Below are positions 58,156-64,000 of a stretch of 64,000 nt of DNA, piece after piece; the first letter of the stretch is position 1, and each line of letters opens with the position of its first letter. The notes under the pieces are model-generated. The model was given only the letters and a program-made list of their open reading frames with translations. It made no database searches and was not told the DNA's origin. The translations under genes and the position numbers were made by a program. Location: assembly GCA_033549025.1 (NCBI GenBank), contig JAWSUS010000009.1, positions 34,207 to 98,206 of the forward strand, given 5' to 3'. The stretch comes from Desulfuromonadales bacterium (GTDB lineage Bacteria; Desulfobacterota; Desulfuromonadia; Desulfuromonadales; SZUA-540).

Positions 58156-58575
58156 ATGGGTAATCAAAAAGGTTTTACGCTGATTGAACTGGTAGTGGTG
58201 ATTGTTATCCTGGGCATTCTGGCAGCCGTGGCCGTGCCTAAGTTTGTGGATTTGAGTAGTGATGCCCAAGAAGCCACCACCAAAGCCGTCGCTGGCGCAT
58301 TGTCCAGCGGGAGTGCAATCAACTACGCTGCCCGGGCTCTTCGTGGCGCAGATGGAGCCGATGTTGTTTCTACCATTGGCGGTTGCACTGATACCGTGGC
58401 CGAAGCGCTTGTCCCCGATTATGATAGTGCAAACTATGAGGTTAAAACTAAATCTGGCTCTTCTGTTGCGGATGCTTTTGGGGAAACTTGGACGTGTACC
58501 GTAAATCATAAAAATGACACTGCTACACTTGTTGACTGGACACTTCATTATGTTGATGTAACTATCACCCCATAA
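58156..58575 (+). CDS. mshA: probable major pilin MshA
   Basis: QKG|FTLIELVVVIVILGILAAVAVPKF, short leader, two Cys, strong AAGGAGG RBS, own promoter and terminator. Confidence 0.85.
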   Translation: MGNQKGFTLIELVVVIVILGILAAVAVPKFVDLSSDAQEATTKAVAGALSSGSAINYAARALRGADGADVVSTIGGCTDTVAEALVPDYDSANYEVKTKSGSSVADAFGETWTCTVNHKNDTATLVDWTLHYVDVTITP

Positions 58576-58622
58576 CAACAAACAATTTTTTTAAAAATTT
58601 TGAGTGTTGTTAGAGAGAACAT

Positions 58623-58664
58623 AAAATGGAAGCAGAGTCGTGGTCGGCTTCGCTTCCATTTTTT
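58623..58664 (+). terminator. intrinsic terminator after mshA
   Basis: AAAATGGAAGC..GAGTCG-tggt-CGGCTT..GCTTCCATTTTTT. Confidence 0.75.
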
Positions 58665-58683
58665 AACTGGCAACCTGGATACT

Positions 58684-59181
58684 ATGCACATAAGTGATCT
58701 GAATAAAAACGTATTATGGCGCACAGGGTCAGGCTTCTCTCTCGTGGAATTAATCGTTATTATTCTGCTGGTAGGCATCTTGGCGGCCGTGGCCATCCCC
58801 CGCTTCTTCGACCTGCGCGGCTTTCAGCAGCGCGGTTTCTTCGATGAAACCGTTTCAGCGGTGCGCTATGCCCAGAAGCTGGCGGTGGGCAGCGGTTGCG
58901 ACGTGCAGGTGACCCTGGGCTCGGCGGGCTACAGTCTGCGGCAGCGCAACAATTGTGATACCAGCAGCGCTTTCGCCCTCGCCGTACCTCACCCCAGCAA
59001 GAGTGGCGCTTTTGCTGCCGCCCCTCCCGCCGGGGTGAGTTTGGCAGCGGCCACCATCGTGTTCACTCCCCTGGGGCAGGCCGTCAACACGGCCCGCACA
59101 CCCACCGATTTCAACGGCCTGAGCGTCGGCGGCAAGACCTTCCATGTCATCGGCGAAACAGGCTACGTGGACGTGCCATGA
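58684..59181 (+). CDS. mshC: minor pilin MshC
   Basis: SG|FSLVELIVIILLVGILAAVAIPRF, RYAQKLA, GETGYV; start moved to 58684. Confidence 0.8.
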   Translation: MHISDLNKNVLWRTGSGFSLVELIVIILLVGILAAVAIPRFFDLRGFQQRGFFDETVSAVRYAQKLAVGSGCDVQVTLGSAGYSLRQRNNCDTSSAFALAVPHPSKSGAFAAAPPAGVSLAAATIVFTPLGQAVNTARTPTDFNGLSVGGKTFHVIGETGYVDVP

Positions 59182-59636
59182 GGCGAAGTGATTCCTTTCT
59201 GAACAACTGCCGCGGTGTCACCCTGGTCGAGCTGGTCATCGCCATGGTGGTGGTCTCCATCGCTCTTGGCGGCGTGCTGCTGGTGATGAACTATACGACG
59301 GCCCGCAGCGCCGATCCGCTGCTGCAGAGGCAGGCGGTAGCCATCGCCGAGGCCTATCTGGAAGAGATTCTGCTCAAGCCCTATGTCGATCCCGACGGAG
59401 TCGATGGCGAAGGCAGCCGCGCTCTCTACGATGATGTCGATGATTACGACGGCTTGGCCGATAGCGGCGCCCGCGACCAAAGCGGTGCGGCCATCGCGGG
59501 ATTGGCGAACTACACGGTAAACGTCAGTGTGCAGCCGGCAACAGTCAACGGTGTGGCCATGCTGCGGGCGCAGGTGATGGTGGGTATGGCCGGCGGGGGC
59601 AGTTTGACTCTGGCCGGCTATCGGGCCAATTATTAA
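59178..59636 (+). CDS. mshD: minor pilin MshD
   Basis: RG|VTLVELVI, SADPLL, EEILLK, YDDVDDYDG, YRANY. Confidence 0.85.
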   Translation: MRRSDSFLNNCRGVTLVELVIAMVVVSIALGGVLLVMNYTTARSADPLLQRQAVAIAEAYLEEILLKPYVDPDGVDGEGSRALYDDVDDYDGLADSGARDQSGAAIAGLANYTVNVSVQPATVNGVAMLRAQVMVGMAGGGSLTLAGYRANY

Positions 59637-59647
59637 CGGTGGATGGG

Positions 59648-60472
59648 ATGATGACAGCCACGACAACCCGCCGGCAAGGCGAAAAGGGCTTCACCCTGGT
59701 GGAGCTGGTCACGGTGATCGTGCTCGTCGGCATCCTCGGTGCCATGAGCGTGGCCTTTATCACCAAACCGATCGAGGGCTACGTGGCCCTTTCCCGGCGA
59801 GCCGAACTGGTGGACGCCGCCGACAACGCCCTGCGCCGCATGCAGCACGACATCCGCCAGGCCTTGCCCAACAGCGTGCACATCGGGGCCGGGGGACTCT
59901 CCCTTGAGCTGCTGCACACCAGCGATGGCGGTCGCTACCGCCTGCAGGGGCCGGGTGACACCCTCAATTTCGGTGATGCCACGGATAGCTCTTTCGATGT
60001 GCTCGGCGGCCTGCGGACGGCCCCTCCGGCCGGCAGCGACCTGGTTATTTACAATCTGTCCGCCAGCGGGATCACCGGCAATGCCTATCAGTCGCCGGCC
60101 GACAACCGCTTCGCTATCGACAGCACGGCCAGCAGTGCCGCACACCTGCACTTTTTGCCCAAGGTGCCGCCTGTGGCCTTTCCCCGCTCGTCTCCCTATC
60201 AGCGGTTTTTTATCGTCGATGGCCCGGTAAGCTATGTGTGTGATCCGACCGCCGGCACCCTGACCCGACATGACGGCTACGCCATCGCCCCCAGCCCGGT
60301 GCTCGGTTCCGGCGACCTGGTGACGCGCCAGGTGAAAAGCTGCAACTTTACTTATCAGCCGGGCACCAGCCAGCGGGCGGGCCTGGTGACGATGACCCTC
60401 ACCCTGGAGGATGCGCCCTCGGCAGAGCGGGTGACCCTGCTGCACCAGGTGCATGTCCTGAATTCGCCATGA
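59648..60472 (+). CDS. mshO: minor pilin MshO
   Basis: KG|FTLVELV, IRQALPNSV, PVSYVC, HQVHVLNSP. Confidence 0.85.
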   Translation: MMTATTTRRQGEKGFTLVELVTVIVLVGILGAMSVAFITKPIEGYVALSRRAELVDAADNALRRMQHDIRQALPNSVHIGAGGLSLELLHTSDGGRYRLQGPGDTLNFGDATDSSFDVLGGLRTAPPAGSDLVIYNLSASGITGNAYQSPADNRFAIDSTASSAAHLHFLPKVPPVAFPRSSPYQRFFIVDGPVSYVCDPTAGTLTRHDGYAIAPSPVLGSGDLVTRQVKSCNFTYQPGTSQRAGLVTMTLTLEDAPSAERVTLLHQVHVLNSP

Positions 60473-60867
60473 GCATGATGACTCGCTCCCGCAATCAAAA
60501 AGGGTACACCCTGGTCAATGCCCTCTTCATCCTGGTGGTGCTGGCGGCTCTGGGCGCTTTCATGGTGACCATGAGCGGCGTGCAGTCGCGCACCCCGGTG
60601 CTGGCCCTGCAGGGAGCCCGCGCTTACCAGGCGGCCCAGACCGGCATCGAGTGGGGCATCGCTCAAAGTGCCGCTGGTGTCTGCACCGCGAGTTCCGCCT
60701 TTATCGTGGAAGGCTTTGCCGTCACCCTGGCCTGCACGGCGACGCCGGTCAGCGAAGGAACGACGACCTACAACGTCTATGAAATCAGCGCCCTGGCCGA
60801 GATGGGGAGCTACGGAACGCCGGAATATGTGTCGCGGCGGATCGAGGCGCGGGTGACAGGGCTGTGA
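60469..60867 (+). CDS. mshP: minor pilin MshP (PilX-like, lacks Glu5)
   Basis: KG|YTLVNALFILVVLAALG, GARAYQAAQTGIEWG, VSRRIEA. Confidence 0.82.
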   Translation: MSMMTRSRNQKGYTLVNALFILVVLAALGAFMVTMSGVQSRTPVLALQGARAYQAAQTGIEWGIAQSAAGVCTASSAFIVEGFAVTLACTATPVSEGTTTYNVYEISALAEMGSYGTPEYVSRRIEARVTGL

Positions 60868-60878
60868 GGGAGGTTGAT

Positions 60879-63845
60879 ATGGGGCATAGGCCATGGTTCT
60901 TGATGGCGGCTGTCGTGGCCTTCTTTTTCCTGTTTGTGTTTCAAGGAAAAGCGATCGCGGCCGGCAGTTGTTCGGTCGATTACCTCAATCGCGTAACGAT
61001 CAATGAAGTTCGTTCCCTCGGCGGAGAACAGTGGGTTGAGCTGAAACTGCTCGATGCCAGCATTCCGCCAAGTGTCTACAACTCCTGGTCGATCACCGTC
61101 TGTGAAAACAAGAACAGTAACAACTGTTCCACGTATGTGTTGGGTTCTTCGGCTGTTATCCAGAACTGGCCCTACCTCGTAATCAATAATGTCTCGCACC
61201 TTAATTTGAGTTTGAATGGTGCCATGGACATCCTTCTCAAAGACGGCAACGGCGACTATCTGGACTATCTGGTCGTCAACCAGGCGAATCTGAGCCGGCC
61301 GCCTCAGGACCATTCCTGTACGGAGCCAGGATTTCCTTATCCCACTACACTGGCAACGACACTCTCGCAACTCAAGGGGATTGCACGGGCCCCCGACGGA
61401 ACGGGCCCCTGGATGGAATATGAGGAGAGCGGGGCGCAAGGCGAAGCTACCGAAGGGGATTCAAACGACACAGGGACCTTTCCGGATGGAACCCCTATCC
61501 CGCGAATCGTGGTTTCGGATGTCATGGTAGCCAAAGGAGACGCGGCGGCGTTCGTTGTCCAACTTCAGGATGAAAAGGGAACAGTGACCTCTTTTCCATA
61601 TGCGGTGCATGTGGACTATAAAACTCTAAACTATACGGCTTTTGCAGGAATTGATTATGTCGCCAAAGAGGGAACCGCAATCCAGGGCTCTGCGCTGGTG
61701 ATTCCGGCCGGGACGTCCGCGGCAACGATCGACATTCAGACCTTGGAAAAAGCCACCGCCCCTGATGGCTCTGTTTTTTTTGTGGTTCTTAGCAACCCTG
61801 TCTATGAACGCGACGGAGGGGCTCTCAACGCGCTGTTGATGGACCATTTCGCAACAGGGACTCTCAATGGTACCCTGCCGTCTCTCGACCACTTCCATAT
61901 CGACCATCCCGGCAGCGCCTTGACCTGCCAGCGGGCCGACGTAACGATACGGGCCTGCCAGGCCGCGGACTGCAAGGTGCTTTATCCCGACCCCGTCAGT
62001 GTCACCCTGTCGCCGACGGGATGGATCGGCGGCACCACGCAGACCATCGCCGGTGGTGCGCCGACCGTTTTTCAGCTGCGGCACAACACCGCAGGTACGG
62101 TCACCTTGGATGTGACCGCTTCGGATGTGCCGGCTGCCGGGCCGGTGCAGTGCACTGTGGGTGGAGTGGCGGCTAGTTGCGACCTTCTTTTTTCCACCGC
62201 GGGATTTCTTTTTGAGGTGCCGCCGCAAACATCCTGCCAGGATTCGGCTGACCTGACCATTGCCGCCGTCAAGGCCGATCCGGCTGATCCCCAGGCCTGC
62301 GTGGGCGATGGCAGTTTCGCCGGGCAAAGCAAGGCGGTCTCTTTCTGGTCCAGCTATGTGCTGCCTGCTTCCGGCAGCCGCGCGCTGCAGGTCAACGGCA
62401 CGGCTGTTGCCACAGGTTTGCCGGGAACGCCGCTGACGCTGAGTTTTGACGGCAGCGCTCGTAGCTCCTTCCGCGTTGCCTATGCCGACGCCGGTCAGGT
62501 GCGACTCGATGCCCGCTACGAAGGCAGCGGCGAAGAGGCCGGGCTGGTGATGGAGGGCAACGATACCTTCACCGTCAAGCCTTACCGTCTCGATGTCCTC
62601 GCCACGGTGGACGGCCTTGCCCCCCTGAACAACAGCGGTTCGACCGGTGAACCGAAGCTGGCGGCCGGGCTGCCCTTTCAGGCTGAATTGCGAGGCGTCT
62701 GCCAGGACGGCAGTCTGGCGCCCAACTTCGCGGCGGCCACGACCCTGTCCGCCGTGGCGCCCTTTGCGCCGGCGCCGGGGGTTTTAAGCGGTGGATCTCT
62801 GTCAGCGGCCGATTTCAGTGGCGGTGCCGCCACGGCTCTGGTCAGCTACAGCGAAGTGGGCACTCTGACCCTGCAGGCGGATGTGGCCGACTATCTGGGT
62901 GCCGGCAGTCTCAGCGGCACCAGTGCTACGGTGGGCCGCTTCACGCCTCACCACTTTGACGTCGTGCCCAATTCACCGCAGTTTGCCCCGACCTGCGGAC
63001 CTTTCTCCTATCTCGGCCAGCCCTTCACCTATGCGACCGCACCCGTACTCCAGGTCATCGCCCGCAATGCCGGCGGCGCCATAACGCGCAACTACACCGG
63101 TGCCTGGTGGAAGTTGTCTGGCGCCAGTCTGGCGGGCAAACGGTATCTGGCCGAAAACGGGACGCTCGATGAGTCGCTGCTCCCCGCCACCGATCCGGTC
63201 ATCCTCGACCAGGGGGACGGCACCGGCACCCTCACCTTTGATGCTGGCGGTGGCCTGGGCTTTGTTCGCACGACGCTGACGGCCCCCTTTGCGGCGGAAA
63301 TCCGGCTGGAGATCGATGTGATCGACGAGGATGGCATCGTCTACGCCGGCAATCCAGCCGCTTTCGGTGAGGCCAGCGCCGGCAACGGGATTGCCTTTAC
63401 CGACGGCACCAAGGAGATGCGTTTCGGGCGGCTGACACTGCAGAATGCCTACGGCTCCGAACTCATCCCTCTGAATCTTCCCCTGCGGGCCGAATATTTT
63501 GACGGCAGCATCTTTGTGGGCAACCTGGAGGACAGCTGTACCCCTTATGACGGTTCACTGGCGGTTCTGTCCAATTACACCGCCAACCTGCAGGCGGGGG
63601 AGACGAATGTCGCCGGCGCCGGCAGCCTGCTCGGCGGCGTGGATAATCCGCTCAGCCCGCTGCAACTCAGCGCGCCGGGCATCGGCAATGACGGCAGCGT
63701 CGACGTAAGCCTGCCAGTCGATTTCTGGCTTCAATACGACTGGGATGGCGACGGTGCCCTCGACAATGATCCTTCAGCACGAGCCAGTTTTGGGATTTTC
63801 AAGGGGAATTCTCGGATGATTTACTGGGGGGAGCGGGTGCGTTGA
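60879..63845 (+). CDS. mshQ: MshQ-like tip adhesin (lamin-tail-like + Calx-beta-like + DUF6701-like C-terminus)
   Basis: Signal peptide; LDHF.I.H...LTC, GRFTPHHF, FSYLGQPF, RFGRL.L.NAYGSE, WLQYDW, ASFGIFKG..IYW.E; GGAGG RBS. Confidence 0.85.
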   Translation: MGHRPWFLMAAVVAFFFLFVFQGKAIAAGSCSVDYLNRVTINEVRSLGGEQWVELKLLDASIPPSVYNSWSITVCENKNSNNCSTYVLGSSAVIQNWPYLVINNVSHLNLSLNGAMDILLKDGNGDYLDYLVVNQANLSRPPQDHSCTEPGFPYPTTLATTLSQLKGIARAPDGTGPWMEYEESGAQGEATEGDSNDTGTFPDGTPIPRIVVSDVMVAKGDAAAFVVQLQDEKGTVTSFPYAVHVDYKTLNYTAFAGIDYVAKEGTAIQGSALVIPAGTSAATIDIQTLEKATAPDGSVFFVVLSNPVYERDGGALNALLMDHFATGTLNGTLPSLDHFHIDHPGSALTCQRADVTIRACQAADCKVLYPDPVSVTLSPTGWIGGTTQTIAGGAPTVFQLRHNTAGTVTLDVTASDVPAAGPVQCTVGGVAASCDLLFSTAGFLFEVPPQTSCQDSADLTIAAVKADPADPQACVGDGSFAGQSKAVSFWSSYVLPASGSRALQVNGTAVATGLPGTPLTLSFDGSARSSFRVAYADAGQVRLDARYEGSGEEAGLVMEGNDTFTVKPYRLDVLATVDGLAPLNNSGSTGEPKLAAGLPFQAELRGVCQDGSLAPNFAAATTLSAVAPFAPAPGVLSGGSLSAADFSGGAATALVSYSEVGTLTLQADVADYLGAGSLSGTSATVGRFTPHHFDVVPNSPQFAPTCGPFSYLGQPFTYATAPVLQVIARNAGGAITRNYTGAWWKLSGASLAGKRYLAENGTLDESLLPATDPVILDQGDGTGTLTFDAGGGLGFVRTTLTAPFAAEIRLEIDVIDEDGIVYAGNPAAFGEASAGNGIAFTDGTKEMRFGRLTLQNAYGSELIPLNLPLRAEYFDGSIFVGNLEDSCTPYDGSLAVLSNYTANLQAGETNVAGAGSLLGGVDNPLSPLQLSAPGIGNDGSVDVSLPVDFWLQYDWDGDGALDNDPSARASFGIFKGNSRMIYWGERVR

Positions 63846-63850
63846 TTGTT

Positions 63851-63942
63851 GGTCTTGTTTTAAAAGCAAGACCGTCGGGTTCCGGCCCGACAGCCGGGTT
63901 CCTTTTCTTTGGGCGCAAAGAAAGATGGCATCGTAAAAACTC
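63851..63942. repeat. cluster of three hairpins, candidate multicopy intergenic element
   Basis: GGTCTTGTTT/AAGCAAGACC (63851-63873), GTCGGG/CCCGAC (63874-63891), TTTCTTTG/CAAAGAAA (63904-63923). Confidence 0.45.
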
Positions 63943-64000
63943 AGGTGGCCATTTCGGGTTCAATAGGCCGCGCACTGAAATTTTCCTGCCCAGCCGGCAA

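Noticed and set aside
58156..58575. MshA as an electrically conductive (e-pilin-like) subunit
   Set aside because: The mature pilin is 133 aa with only 9 F/Y/W (about 7%), no aromatic at position 27 and a 31-residue aromatic-free gap; it is not the short aromatic-dense Geobacter type
48032..63845. Type II secretion system, or a recently integrated island
   Set aside because: Gene order and MshL/MshN/MshQ signatures fit MSHA; no integrase, att repeats or tRNA, and most genes have host-like GC

Overview
GC-rich chromosomal window, most likely from a Desulfuromonadales-type deltaproteobacterium (inferred from gene content, not from a marker gene). It is almost fully coding. I saw no rRNA, tRNA, CRISPR array, integrase or transposase. 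Left to right: (1) LOG-family protein, TAXI-TRAP transporter and USP; (2) a minus-strand block with 2-oxoglutarate dehydrogenase (sucA-sucB-lpdA), marC, YkgJ-like, Nudix, trxB, lipA/lipB, two rubredoxins (one missing from the ORF track), a stand-alone glutamate synthase large subunit with a 4-Cys cluster motif, elbB and an XRE-cupin regulator; (3) HAD, lipoprotein-type HtrA, rluD, pgeF, trkAH and a small HNH gene; (4) an alpha-glucan cluster without glgC: Cys-rich/GAF kinase, output-less response regulator, nucleotidyltransferase fused to a degenerate phosphomutase, GH57, GalT-like, large GH13, glgA and a small acidic ORF; (5) radical SAM, Rep/UvrD helicase and a cytochrome b5-like protein; (6) a 16-gene MSHA-type pilus cluster. 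In that cluster the AT-rich major pilin has its own sigma-54-type promoter and terminator, and the tip adhesin has a low-GC N-terminal module. The best candidates for an uncharacterised system are (4) and the modular wiring of (6). All product calls come from motif recognition by eye; no database search was run.
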